Below the pieces are notes generated by a model. That model had not been told where the DNA came from. It saw nothing but the letters and a program-made list of their open reading frames with translations, and searched no databases. The translations under genes were made by a program, and so were the position numbers. From the IMG/VR virus record IMGVR_UViG_3300024239_000013, positions 255,335-319,334 of that record: DNA of 64,000 nucleotides. One strand, given 5' to 3'. This document shows, piece by piece, positions 10,213 through 20,737 of the stretch (positions within the stretch are counted from its first letter, which is position 1; each line of letters begins with the position of its first letter).

Positions 10213-11619
10213 TTAGGCTATAGCTAAAAATAATTCAACAGCCTTTTGTCTATAAGTTAATTTATCCTTTTTTATTTCTGGATTTTTGAGAGCCTCTTTT
10301 TTTCTATTTATTATTGATTCTGGTAACATAGGACCAAAAGTATCTTTTAATATCTTTTTGTCCTTTCTCCATTCTAGAGGAAGATGCATTGCAAATCTAA
10401 CAATTTCTAAATTTAAAAACGGATTTCTTAATTCCAATGTATGAGCCATTGACATCTTATCAAGTCTTGGTAAATGATAGAAAGTAAGTTCTTCAAAAAT
10501 ATCAGATTTTTGTGAATCGTATTCATGAATTCTTGAATACCCTCCAAATAACTCATCTGCTCCATCTCCACTTAATACTATTCTATAATCAGTATTATTA
10601 CGAATTGATTCGAATAAATGATATTGGGGTATAACAGATCCCAAATCTATCGGGCTTTCGTTCCATTGTGCATATATAAGACCATTTTTTGCAGGATCCA
10701 TATCATAGCTAAGGAAATTTACAGGAGTGTCTAAATGAGCTCTTAAATCGTTTATAAAGGGAGTTTCCCCATTTTCTATACTAAACCAAGTAACCTTTGC
10801 ATCTAACTCTTTTAAAATAGCAGCAATTATAGAAGAATCCAATCCTCCGGAAACTAAAAGGGATATCGGATAATTTCTAGATACCAATCTATTCTTAACA
10901 CTTTCAAACATCTTATCCCAAAGCCAATCGACGTATGAGTCATAATCAGCACCTTCCAATTCAGGAATTGGAAGATCCCATAATCTATAATAGTCCTTGT
11001 AGGTTTGTTCAAATCCGGGTGATTGCATATTATGATAATAAATTGTATTAGGAAGAACTCTTTTTATATTTTTATATGCTGTTCTCGTATCCGTATTATA
11101 TCCCCATTTTCTAACTGAGCTTATAAAAATTTCATCTATATCAGAAAAATTAGTATAAAGTCCTTTTATCTCAGAGCAGATTTCTCCCAATTCATTTTTA
11201 TATAAAGATTTCTTTCCAAGAGGATCTGTAAAATATATAACGTCTCCGTTTTTTGAATTGTAGACCACAATAGACCAAAAACCATCCCATTTTACAATGT
11301 GAGGAACATACATAGCAACAAAAAATTCTAAATTACCTCCTTTATAATTTTTAAAAAGATCACATAGGTATTCAGTATCAGATTCAAATATATTCGAATC
11401 ATAATTAAAAATTTCACCATTAAACATCAGATAAATACCGTCGTTTATTTCTATTGGTTGGTTCCAATTATCACCGTCTAAAGTTTGTATAGGTAATCTA
11501 TGATGACATAGCGTTATGTCACCAAATGACTCTGTTGATCTTTCTATTCCCCTGTGTTTAATAGAGTCTAATATTCTATCATCAGAATTTCCTCTTGTAG
11601 TAAGTAATATTCCACACAT
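10213..11619 (-). CDS. asnB: Asparagine synthetase B-like glutamine amidotransferase
   Basis: MCGI (Ntn Cys2), HRG, FNGEIFNY, SGGLDSS, LSGDGADELFGGY, RLDKMSMAHTLELRNPFL. Confidence 0.9.
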   Translation of the reverse strand: MCGILLTTRGNSDDRILDSIKHRGIERSTESFGDITLCHHRLPIQTLDGDNWNQPIEINDGIYLMFNGEIFNYDSNIFESDTEYLCDLFKNYKGGNLEFFVAMYVPHIVKWDGFWSIVVYNSKNGDVIYFTDPLGKKSLYKNELGEICSEIKGLYTNFSDIDEIFISSVRKWGYNTDTRTAYKNIKRVLPNTIYYHNMQSPGFEQTYKDYYRLWDLPIPELEGADYDSYVDWLWDKMFESVKNRLVSRNYPISLLVSGGLDSSIIAAILKELDAKVTWFSIENGETPFINDLRAHLDTPVNFLSYDMDPAKNGLIYAQWNESPIDLGSVIPQYHLFESIRNNTDYRIVLSGDGADELFGGYSRIHEYDSQKSDIFEELTFYHLPRLDKMSMAHTLELRNPFLNLEIVRFAMHLPLEWRKDKKILKDTFGPMLPESIINRKKEALKNPEIKKDKLTYRQKAVELFLAIA

Positions 11620-11621
11620 AA

Positions 11622-12203
11622 TTATTTAGATAAAATTTTTTTAAAGTTTTTTGTTATGTTTTGTATCGAGGTCTCATCAAAATTATTTAGAAATCTATGT
11701 ATTTTAGCTATTTCATATTTTTCAAAAACAGAAATGACCTTTAAATATGATTCAATTTCTCTAGAATCTCCATCGATTCTATCCCATTGATCTTTATTCC
11801 TGTTATTTTTATTTGGATTGTCTCCATATAGGAATATAATCTCGATATTTTCCATTAGATTGAAATCCTTAATTAGCTTAATTTGATCCTCCATTTCAGA
11901 TTCAGATATTCTTCCTTCCATTATTCCCCAAGCAAGTACAGTAAGAATACCTCTATCGTGAATAAAAGAAAAAACATTTCCATTAGACTCAATAGGAACT
12001 AAATCCTTAAAAAGCTGCATTAACATAAGTTCTTTCCCCATAGAAAAAGCATGAGCTTCTTTACTATTTTGACTTTCTAGACCAAGTCTAGAAAAATAGC
12101 CAGCAAAGGAAAATTGATACCTTTGGATGTTGAATTTCTCCGATATTAATTTGGAGATGAATGTTTTTCCAGAATTTCTAGGACCTTCAAATACGTATAC
12201 CAT
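11622..12203 (-). CDS. Thymidylate-kinase-like dNMP kinase
   Basis: P-loop EGPRNSGKT and IHDRG; ATG 12203 preferred over TTG 12218. Confidence 0.75.
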   Translation of the reverse strand: MVYVFEGPRNSGKTFISKLISEKFNIQRYQFSFAGYFSRLGLESQNSKEAHAFSMGKELMLMQLFKDLVPIESNGNVFSFIHDRGILTVLAWGIMEGRISESEMEDQIKLIKDFNLMENIEIIFLYGDNPNKNNRNKDQWDRIDGDSREIESYLKVISVFEKYEIAKIHRFLNNFDETSIQNITKNFKKILSK

Positions 12204-12208
12204 GTATT

Positions 12209-12236
12209 TTATATCCAAAAAATACTAAATGTTTTC
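12209..12236 (-). promoter_or_regulatory. ECF-type promoter variant GAAAA-N17-ATATAA
   Basis: Same spacing as the GAAAC copies with one -35 mismatch; also resembles TTGGATATAAA. Confidence 0.4.
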
Positions 12237-12267
12237 AAAATAGTTATAAAAATTGACTTAAAATAAA

Positions 12268-12299
12268 AAAAAAAGAGGGATTTAATTCCCTCTTTTTTT
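12268..12299 (-). terminator. Intrinsic terminator
   Basis: AAAAGAGGGA-attaaa-TCCCTCTTTT followed by T run. Confidence 0.8.
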
Positions 12300-12302
12300 A
12301 TT

Positions 12303-14786
12303 TTAATTTTTGAATTCCTTACATTTGAAAGGTGATGTTTGTGGTACCTGTTCGAATGTGTTTGCATTCATTCTCTTTAGATGAGTTTTTATACTTGGAT
12401 ATATGTCTGCACCTATATAGTAACAGTTTTTGGCAAGAGATTTTCTTATAGGTGAATCTGGATTTACGTCAGAAAGTATTCTAAGACCAGCTAAGTCTTC
12501 GCTAACTTCACCATTTTTATTAACTTTCCTCTCTGCTATCTTTTTGGAAGGTGCTGTTATTATGGTAGATTTTTCAAACCCTAATAAATTACCGGTATCT
12601 TCATCTTCATTAGTAGCTGAAAACATTTGGTCTCTATTTATTCTTTTAGCGGTAGCTTCACCCAATAAATTATCATGAATCCATTTAACACAGCTGATGA
12701 ATTTATTACCATCGAAAGATATTGCGTTTGCTATCATCACTAAGAAGTTATTTATAGCAACAAAATCTTCTTTACCTAAATCTGGATTTTTTTCAGCAGT
12801 CTGTAATGCAATTTTAAATGCTTTTGCTATATCGCCTTTAAGGTCGTCATATTCTATGAAAGGTATACTCTTATTCTTAATAGAAGCACTCATCATTTCA
12901 TAAGAAGAGCTTAGATCTAATTCATCATTCTGTGAATTTTCTCTGAGTAATGATTTTATACCTTCGTATCTATATTCAGGTCTAATCATACCAAAAGTTT
13001 TCCACCCTTTTAAATAATTCTCTATAAAATCAACCGAATCATCATTACCTAAATTTTTTATCCCTCTGGCATCTGCCCATTTATTCCAGTTACATGGATT
13101 TTTTAGAGAACTTGAAGATAGATTTAGATTATAAACACCTCCAGAAAAAAAGAAATATGAGTATTCTTCAATATCTTTTTCTTTCACTATCTTTTCTATA
13201 CTGTCGTTCCAAGCTTTAATAAACTGTGGGCTATATGAAGATTTTAAAGATCCATCAGATTTAAGGAAATCCTCTTCCTCAACTTTTAGGTTATAAACAG
13301 ACCTTAAATTTTTTGATAGGGTCTTAATTCCTGAAGAAGATCCTCCTCTACTTGGGGATTCGTAAGTTTCACCCTTATCTGAGACATTTCCTCCTAAATT
13401 TTTATATTGAGTATTAAGCTCTTTTTCGAAATCTGAATTATTTATGACTATTTTACTTTCATATAACTTACTAAAATCATCTAGACTAACTACTGGACTA
13501 TATCCCTCATTCATCTTGTTTCTTATAATATCCAAAGATCTTTGTATCGATTTCTTATCCTTATCAGAAACCCAATCAGAAGAAAGAATATCATCTAAAA
13601 GAACCTTATCTATTTCACCATTGTTGTTTTTATTTCCTATTATTTTCTGAAGAGTAGAAACTACAGCAGTTGTTGCTGGACCATATTTACCATTAGGACC
13701 GCCTTTAGATTTTATCAATTTAGAAGCAGAAGGAATCCCATTTACAAGTGCATTTTGAACGGCATAAATAAGTCCGCTTCCTTTTATTTTTTTATCCGAA
13801 TCTGAGTCACCTCTTTTAAGTGGAAATACTGATTTAACTATCTGATTTTCTTCAGCTATTTTATCTTCTTTTATCTCCTTTGTTGTTATAGTATATTGTG
13901 CTTTAGCTCTAGTCAAAAGATCCAGTGCAGCATTAGTAAGATCTGTCACATCAGAATATGATGTATAGACTTCTTCATCATCTTCTAAATTCTGTAAAGA
14001 TCTATTAGCAGTTTGAATTAATGTTTTATTGAAATCCTCCTGGTATTTCTCAACTTGTTTCTCCAACTCCTCTAGTGCTTTTCTGTCTCTTTCTCCAAAT
14101 CCACCTCTGGTGGTATCCAAAACTTTTCTTTTCTCGTCAAGATCGATGAATGTTCTTTTCCAATCTCTACCATAACCATTTCTTTGGTCCTTTCCCTCTG
14201 CAGAAGTTATGAGATTATATAGAAGTTTTTTGAGATTCTCTATTCTTCCTTTATAACCGGTAAACATGGATTCTAATATAGGATTACCCAGGAATAATTC
14301 AGATTCGTCTACTTTCTTACTTTTTAATTCCTTCTCTGCTTCTTTTGCTATATTATCTAAAGTGTTTTGTAATTTTACTGGAGACTTTCTAAAACTTTTT
14401 AAAATAACCTCGTCCTTATCTTTACCGATCTCAGAAGCTCTCTTTAGCGCTTCTGCAAGCTTTTTAAGAGCTTCCAAATAAAGTCTCTTAGTTTCAGCGT
14501 ATTTAGAATTTAGCAAATCATTATCGTCTGCATAATCCAAAAGTTTAGCAGTTAACTCTTTAACATTCTTAGAATTACTAATATCTGAAAGTTTTACTCT
14601 CATAACATCAGGATTTCTATCTCTGGCAGGAGCCAAATCAAAAGTCAATATTTTGAAAGCATCTAGAGCATTATCAGATATCTTATTTAAAAGTGCATCT
14701 ACTTTTTCGTTCTCCAAAATTACTTCATAGTGCTCATTAAATAAAGATTTTGCTACTGGATTATTTAAGTATGGATTTTTTCTCAT
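12303..14786 (-). CDS. Large probable virion protein with peptidoglycan-binding-like domain
   Basis: 827 aa; AVQNAL...NGKYGPATTAVVSTLQK motif; several (L/I)xE sites. Confidence 0.5.
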   Translation of the reverse strand: MRKNPYLNNPVAKSLFNEHYEVILENEKVDALLNKISDNALDAFKILTFDLAPARDRNPDVMRVKLSDISNSKNVKELTAKLLDYADDNDLLNSKYAETKRLYLEALKKLAEALKRASEIGKDKDEVILKSFRKSPVKLQNTLDNIAKEAEKELKSKKVDESELFLGNPILESMFTGYKGRIENLKKLLYNLITSAEGKDQRNGYGRDWKRTFIDLDEKRKVLDTTRGGFGERDRKALEELEKQVEKYQEDFNKTLIQTANRSLQNLEDDEEVYTSYSDVTDLTNAALDLLTRAKAQYTITTKEIKEDKIAEENQIVKSVFPLKRGDSDSDKKIKGSGLIYAVQNALVNGIPSASKLIKSKGGPNGKYGPATTAVVSTLQKIIGNKNNNGEIDKVLLDDILSSDWVSDKDKKSIQRSLDIIRNKMNEGYSPVVSLDDFSKLYESKIVINNSDFEKELNTQYKNLGGNVSDKGETYESPSRGGSSSGIKTLSKNLRSVYNLKVEEEDFLKSDGSLKSSYSPQFIKAWNDSIEKIVKEKDIEEYSYFFFSGGVYNLNLSSSSLKNPCNWNKWADARGIKNLGNDDSVDFIENYLKGWKTFGMIRPEYRYEGIKSLLRENSQNDELDLSSSYEMMSASIKNKSIPFIEYDDLKGDIAKAFKIALQTAEKNPDLGKEDFVAINNFLVMIANAISFDGNKFISCVKWIHDNLLGEATAKRINRDQMFSATNEDEDTGNLLGFEKSTIITAPSKKIAERKVNKNGEVSEDLAGLRILSDVNPDSPIRKSLAKNCYYIGADIYPSIKTHLKRMNANTFEQVPQTSPFKCKEFKN

Positions 14787-14801
14787 TTTTGATTAATCTT
14801 T

Positions 14802-15071
14802 TTAGTATATATTAGTATTTCCTGCATCTGGATTTGCTCTAATTTCCGCAGCTAAAGTTTTAAGAAGATTTGATATCTGTAAGTAAACAACTGATTGTTT
14901 ATTCAGAGATTCAATTTCAGAATTAACATTTCCTGGTTTTTTAGCTTTTTTAATTGCAGATATCTCAGAGAATTTTTTCGAAAGATCCAATTTCGTTTGT
15001 TCCATCTTAGATATTTCTGCTTCATTCATTTCAGAATATCCACCCATTTTAAATTCATTAAAACTAATCAT
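14802..15071 (-). CDS. Small probable internal head protein
   Basis: MISFNEF...MNEAE leader. Confidence 0.5.
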   Translation of the reverse strand: MISFNEFKMGGYSEMNEAEISKMEQTKLDLSKKFSEISAIKKAKKPGNVNSEIESLNKQSVVYLQISNLLKTLAAEIRANPDAGNTNIY

Positions 15072-15954
15072 GATTTCTTGCTACTGTTATTTTAGATCTG
15101 AGGTCTCTTATTTGACCCATATATTTTTCTCTAATTTCCTTTATTCTCTTAGCTGCTGATTCTCTAGTTTCTCCGTTCCCGGTTTTATTTGAAATTTCAT
15201 TATTAAGAGCATCCCTTTCCAAATCCATCTGAACGTATAAAGAATCTCTTTCCTTTATAAGAGAGGAAGTTAGTTTTTTGATTTGTTCCTTGGTAAGAGA
15301 TGAAATTTCTTTCGTAAACTCTGATATTGACATTGATGTATATCGATCGATAGAGCTATCATTTAAACCAGAAGATTTCTTTTCGTCCTCCTTTGATTTA
15401 ACTTCTCTACTAACCAAATCACCATAGTTTTTTTTGAATTCCAGATCTCTTTCCTTTGCTTTAAGAACTGCCTTTTTGTATTTGTCATAAAGATCCTTAG
15501 ATGTGGAAGAATCTGCTAATTCTTTAGACTTCTTATACATTTCCTCTGCAACTTCAGCATCGACTTTAGCTTTATTCACCTCCCAGAAATTTTGCAATTT
15601 AATGCTATCACTAATTACATCTTTAACAACCTTCATTAAATGATCTACTTTTTTAGCGTGAACCTTTTTAGAATTAGCTAAAACAGCATTATTTCTTTGG
15701 ATATATCTTTCGGCTTTTTTTGCTTCTGCTGGGTCATTTTTAGATTGGGCTCTTTCCAATTCTAGTTTATCTATTTCAATTAAAACTTCCTCCCATTCAT
15801 CAACAAATTCCAATTCTAGATTTTTATAGTCATTTAGGAGTCCTTGAAGTTTACTCATAGCTCCACCAAAATTAGCACTAAACCAATCTTTAACTTTATC
15901 AAAAAAGTTTGCTTCATTTAGGGTTTCCCATTCTTTAAATTTAAGAGTCTTCAT
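15064..15954 (-). CDS. Coiled-coil probable internal head protein
   Basis: MKTLKFKEWETLNEAN leader; helical and charged. Confidence 0.55.
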   Translation of the reverse strand: MKTLKFKEWETLNEANFFDKVKDWFSANFGGAMSKLQGLLNDYKNLELEFVDEWEEVLIEIDKLELERAQSKNDPAEAKKAERYIQRNNAVLANSKKVHAKKVDHLMKVVKDVISDSIKLQNFWEVNKAKVDAEVAEEMYKKSKELADSSTSKDLYDKYKKAVLKAKERDLEFKKNYGDLVSREVKSKEDEKKSSGLNDSSIDRYTSMSISEFTKEISSLTKEQIKKLTSSLIKERDSLYVQMDLERDALNNEISNKTGNGETRESAAKRIKEIREKYMGQIRDLRSKITVARNHD

Positions 15955-15955
15955 T

Positions 15956-17104
15956 TTAATCTATTAATTTTGATTTAGCTTTTTTAATTCTTCCTACGTT
16001 AGCTGGAGAATTCTTATCTTTTTCTATACTAGCAAAAAGATCAGATACCACCTTTTTAGTTCCTGAATTAGCATCATCTCCGTTAATAATCTCCTGATTT
16101 ATTTTATTTGTTAACTTAGTAAAATCAGATTCTTTGGATAAAACCTTAGTTATCTCTGATTCAGTTTTACCTAGACCTCTAAATAGATGTAAGAGATTTT
16201 CCTTTGCATCTAAAGTAGAGCTCAGTTCAAGAAGATCCATTTTAAAAGTCTCTATGTACTTTAGTGATATTGTTTTAGGGCTCTTAGCCATTTTAGATTC
16301 TAAAACATTCAATTTTCTCTCAATATCAGATCTTAAATCTGCTATTTCTTTTTCTAATTCATTTTTTCTTTGTATTAGGTCCTTACCCTTTCTACTCGAG
16401 ATTTTTTTCTTCTCCTTTTCTAAATCTACAGATAGATCATTTTTAGGGGCTCTGTCCTCTAAATCTCTCTCAGTTTTAGCTTTTATATCATTAGCCTTTT
16501 CCTCTGCATCTCTCTTTGCATCTTCTATTTTTTCTTTATACTTTCTAATTTCAGTTTGGTCTTTAGATCTTTCTGAAGCTAATTTATATTCTAGTTCTGC
16601 TATAGCAATTTCATCCTCTGCATATCCTGCAGCTAAATATTGTTTTCTTCTAGAATTATCATCAGTAAGTCTATAAGCAACATCTTTTGATTTTTTAATC
16701 TTTAATTTTTGAGCTTTCACATAAGCTTCAAATTCTTTAATTTTAGAATCTCTTTCTTTCTCTAAAGAATCTATTTTTTCTTTATTTCCGGATCTAGATA
16801 AGCTATCTATTTGAATATCTATTTTTTCTATATTCTTTTCAAACTCGTCTTTTTTTTCTATTAAATCTAATTCTAAATCAAGAATAATTTTTCTAGCCTG
16901 ATCAATCATACTTATTCTTGACATAGATCCAAGGAAAAATTTAGATAAGCTATTCTTTAAATTATTCATAAGATTCCCTTCATTAACCGAATGTATAGGT
17001 TCAACTCTTTCTAGGGAATTAAGCTCATTCAACAATTCAGGACTTACACTTTCCATCAAATCCCCATATTTTTTGAATTCACTAAAAGATGGTATATTTT
17101 TCAT
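15956..17104 (-). CDS. Coiled-coil probable internal head protein, paralog of 15064..15954
   Basis: MKNIPSFSEF leader; NEGNLMNNLKNSLSKFFLGSMS resembles NEANFFDKVKDWFSANFGGAMS. Confidence 0.55.
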   Translation of the reverse strand: MKNIPSFSEFKKYGDLMESVSPELLNELNSLERVEPIHSVNEGNLMNNLKNSLSKFFLGSMSRISMIDQARKIILDLELDLIEKKDEFEKNIEKIDIQIDSLSRSGNKEKIDSLEKERDSKIKEFEAYVKAQKLKIKKSKDVAYRLTDDNSRRKQYLAAGYAEDEIAIAELEYKLASERSKDQTEIRKYKEKIEDAKRDAEEKANDIKAKTERDLEDRAPKNDLSVDLEKEKKKISSRKGKDLIQRKNELEKEIADLRSDIERKLNVLESKMAKSPKTISLKYIETFKMDLLELSSTLDAKENLLHLFRGLGKTESEITKVLSKESDFTKLTNKINQEIINGDDANSGTKKVVSDLFASIEKDKNSPANVGRIKKAKSKLID

Positions 17105-17130
17105 ATATAGACAATTATATTTTTCTATTC

Positions 17131-17141
17131 TATATATCCAA
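17131..17141 (-). promoter_or_regulatory. Late promoter TTGGATATATA
   Basis: Exact 11-mer upstream of ATG 17104. Confidence 0.7.
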
Positions 17142-17168
17142 TAAGATTTTTTATATGTTACCTAAACT

Positions 17169-18905
17169 CTAATGAATTCCATATTTATAATTACCACAGT
17201 CCCATATTTTATAATATCCCATAGAATGCATAATATCATCAGCTTTTAAGTTTGGATCAAATCCAAGAGAAATCAATTTAGATTTTGTCCAGTTTAGTCG
17301 ATTAGATTTTCTATCGTCAACAACCCAATAATATCCAGGAGTTGTTTTTCCGATATAAATAAATCCACTTTTATAATAAGAAGTTTCTTTGTGATTGGGG
17401 GAGAAAGAAACATCGCAATAAGTAACTATAGATTTGGTAATATTATCTTTTATATACTTAATAATCCTAGAAACTCCACCAACTACAGTTGTATTAATAA
17501 GACTACAACTTCTGATTACCTCATATTCATATTTAGATTTTTTACTATCTATTAATTTTCTAGTTTTCGCTAAACTCATCAGAGAAACTAATACATTCTC
17601 GTAATATAATCCTATTATTATACTTGCTGGACAATATCCCTTGAGATGATTCTTCTGTGTAAAATGCTTATATTCACTTTTAGTGACCTGTTTTATTTCA
17701 CACTTTCTGGCAAAAATTTTTCTTGAAATAGCACCAACTGCAGAAGATATCATAGACTTAACTATTTCTTTTTTATACCTCCAATCATCCTCCCATATAT
17801 GATATAAACTAATACCTTTACTTGATAAAAATTCAGTTTTTTCTTGGTGATATTTAGAATTCTTATATATCTCAGAGTGCCAATAAAGTCCATTAAACTC
17901 AAAAGCAACGTTTATTTTTGGCAAATAGACGTCAACTTCAGAAAATTGTTTATTGTTTTTAAATAAACTTCTATTATTAGATAATACCTCTCCAGGATAT
18001 ATTTCTTCTATATATTTTAGTAATTCCCTTTCCAAAACAGAAGATTTCATGTCTATTGGGTTACAATATGGACATGGATCTATTCCATTTCTAAGTTTAG
18101 CATTTATAGTTGTTGAATGGAAACTAAAATCATGATTGCATCTTTCACAATTTAGATCAACCTTAGTTGTCGAATAACTAATCAATCCAATAGAATAAGA
18201 ATCCAATTTACTAGAAAGTGTTTTTTGCTTAGTTATCGATGAAGACTCCGAAACTTTCTTAGCTATTTCAGGATTTTTCATAGTATTCTCGTGTCCATAC
18301 TTAAGAATATTGGTATTTCTTGACGACTCCGAATTAATAAAATCCAAGGTTCCATATTTTTCAATACAGGTTTTAAGTCTTTTTTCAGAAATCTCCTTAT
18401 TTTTTAAGGGAGAGTCTACACCATATTTTTCATTAAGGGTTTCCCTTATTTTTTCTTTTACTTCATTGGATTTGAAATTATGATCAACCCCATATTTTGT
18501 TAACATAGTAGCTTCATATTTTTTTCTTTCTTCCGAACCTTTTTTGAAATACGAGTCTCCGTATTTTGACTTTATTGTATTTTTAAAACTATCGACTTTA
18601 ATTTTTCTTTTACATTCAGAATTACCACATGTATTAAAGTAACCATCACTGAATCTATAGAATTTTTTAGGGTTTCCGCATATGCACTTTTCTACTAATT
18701 CCAAATTATTTATTATATGATATAATCTTTGTCCTATAGTAATGTCAAAATATACTTGATTTAGAAAATGTGTTACGTTCTCGATATCTGAAATTAATTC
18801 CTTATCGTTCCTTATTCTAGTGAATATGCCATTTAATGACATATTATTCGAAAGCTTATCGTTGATGTCATTCGTTATTAATATCAGATTATTGCTAAGT
18901 TTCAT
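17169..18905 (-). mobile_element. Free-standing Hef-like (Vsr/PD-(D/E)xK-type) homing endonuclease
   Basis: KYGVD repeats, zinc-binding Cys pairs, EVDVYLP..AFEFNGLYWHS, HIWEDDW, KIFARKC, IWDCG. Confidence 0.8.
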
Positions 18906-18942
18906 GTTTCGTAAAATTGCTTATATTGTTTAATATTATAGC

Positions 18943-18977
18943 AAAAAAAAGCTTTAGTTTTCACTAAAGCTTTTTTT
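18943..18977 (-). terminator. Intrinsic terminator after the capsid gene
   Basis: aaagctttagt-tttc-actaaagcttt perfect stem with long A/T tails. Confidence 0.85.
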
Positions 18978-18995
18978 ATTTATTTAATGTTTAGA

Positions 18996-20708
18996 TTATG
19001 CTAGACCTCCTGCAGGTACATTAACAAAGAATGTTAAGTACATAGTTTCAGGTAACATACCAGCTTCAACTAGAGCGTATCTAGATTTAACTGCTATTTT
19101 AGGTGACATAGTACCTTCAGAGATTGTCTGAATTGACTCTGCCATCATATAAGGCATGAATTTAAGACCTGGTTCGTCGTCTCCACCTTTTCTACCAACT
19201 AATACTCTAGTATCTCCGTAGCTCATGTTTTGATCTACATAAACAGTCATACCAGCAAGAGATCCTACCGGATATAATGTACCGTTATTTTGAGTTAGAG
19301 TGTTAGAGAAAGGAGCAAAAGTGAATTGAGAGATGTCTTGAAGTGCACTTGCAACTGCAGCGTTTGTTACGATGAAGTTAGCTGGACCTCTTCTACCTCT
19401 GTTAGCTACTACGTTAGCAGCTGCAAGAATTCTAGAGAATAATCTTCTTTGTAAAGTTGATAAGTTCTCGTAAGAAGTTGATGCAGGACCTGCTGGAATA
19501 GCCATAGCTACACCTTGATCTGATTTATTAACGTAAGCTGCTGTTGTACCAGTAGATCCGTTAAGTACTAAGTTTAAGTTCAAGTTTTGGTTTTCAACGT
19601 TGTTGAATTGAACGTGGTTAGACCAACCTAGAGCAAATGCTCTTGAAAGGATGTGCTTGTTAATTGCTTGAGAAACCTCGTTAACTAATGCATTCTCGAT
19701 CATTGAAATAACGTCGATACCGAATTGTTTGTTAAGGTCTTGGATTTGCTCAGTTGTAACTGAAGCAGCAACTTGGAAAGTCTCAGCTTCTACGAACTTA
19801 GTGAAAGTAGAAAGACCCATTGAGTTATAGTAAGTAGATTCAGCTACTCCTCTTAACATTGGGTTATAAGTTTTAGTACCATCAACATAAGGTCCTTGCC
19901 AATCAGCATCGTTATTGAAACCAGCACCAGAGAATCCTTGGATGTGATCTTCTAAAGCTTTAACTAATTGAGCAACGTATCCGTTAACTGAAGTAGAAGT
20001 ACCAGTGTACATACCGCTAGTACCAACTTGTACTGAAGTACCGTTGACGATAGAAGCTATTGTATAGTTTTGAGTAACTCCAGCAACCTCGAAAATTGGG
20101 AAACCGTCAATTCTTGAAAGTCCAACGAAAGTTAAAGTTAAAGTACCACCGTTAACTACAGTGTAAGAAGTTCCTACTGTAAAAGTACCAGCTGTAGCAC
20201 CAGTAGCACCAGCAGCAGATCCTTGATAAACAGGGAATTTAATCATTGATGGAGCTTTTGCTAAAGCATCTGCAGCAGAAGCATCTGAGCCAGTAGCACC
20301 AGCTAATTTACCACCTGCATATACATAATCTAGATAAGATAAGATACCAGTTGGTCCTGACATAGGAATAACAGGAACGATATCAAACCCGATTGTTTTA
20401 GCAGCTACTTGAATAGCTAAAGGTAACAATGATGGGAATTTATCTCCTGAACCTTGCCAAGATGCGTTATAGAAACCAGCATTAGCACCAGTTGATAATC
20501 CACCTGCTCCTGGGAATGATGGAGGGGTTACGTTACCCATACCATTTACAACACCTAAAGAGTTATATGCACCCGCAGATTCGTTTAATGAGTGATAGTG
20601 ACAATATTTAGTTAACCACTCTTTTTTGCTTGAGTCAGTGATTCCTGCTTTACTCTCGATGATAGGAGACCAGGTTTCATAGATTTCTTGTTCGTTAATC
20701 AATTTCAT
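18996..20708 (-). CDS. gp23: Major capsid protein (T4 gp23-like)
   Basis: FPSLLPLAIQVAAKTIGFDIVPVIPMSGPTG, RRGPANFIVT, GLKFMPY, PKIAVKSRYAL; LNE|S candidate maturation site. Confidence 0.92.
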   Translation of the reverse strand: MKLINEQEIYETWSPIIESKAGITDSSKKEWLTKYCHYHSLNESAGAYNSLGVVNGMGNVTPPSFPGAGGLSTGANAGFYNASWQGSGDKFPSLLPLAIQVAAKTIGFDIVPVIPMSGPTGILSYLDYVYAGGKLAGATGSDASAADALAKAPSMIKFPVYQGSAAGATGATAGTFTVGTSYTVVNGGTLTLTFVGLSRIDGFPIFEVAGVTQNYTIASIVNGTSVQVGTSGMYTGTSTSVNGYVAQLVKALEDHIQGFSGAGFNNDADWQGPYVDGTKTYNPMLRGVAESTYYNSMGLSTFTKFVEAETFQVAASVTTEQIQDLNKQFGIDVISMIENALVNEVSQAINKHILSRAFALGWSNHVQFNNVENQNLNLNLVLNGSTGTTAAYVNKSDQGVAMAIPAGPASTSYENLSTLQRRLFSRILAAANVVANRGRRGPANFIVTNAAVASALQDISQFTFAPFSNTLTQNNGTLYPVGSLAGMTVYVDQNMSYGDTRVLVGRKGGDDEPGLKFMPYMMAESIQTISEGTMSPKIAVKSRYALVEAGMLPETMYLTFFVNVPAGGLA

Positions 20709-20737
20709 GATTTTATTTACTTTTTTTTAATTTTAAT

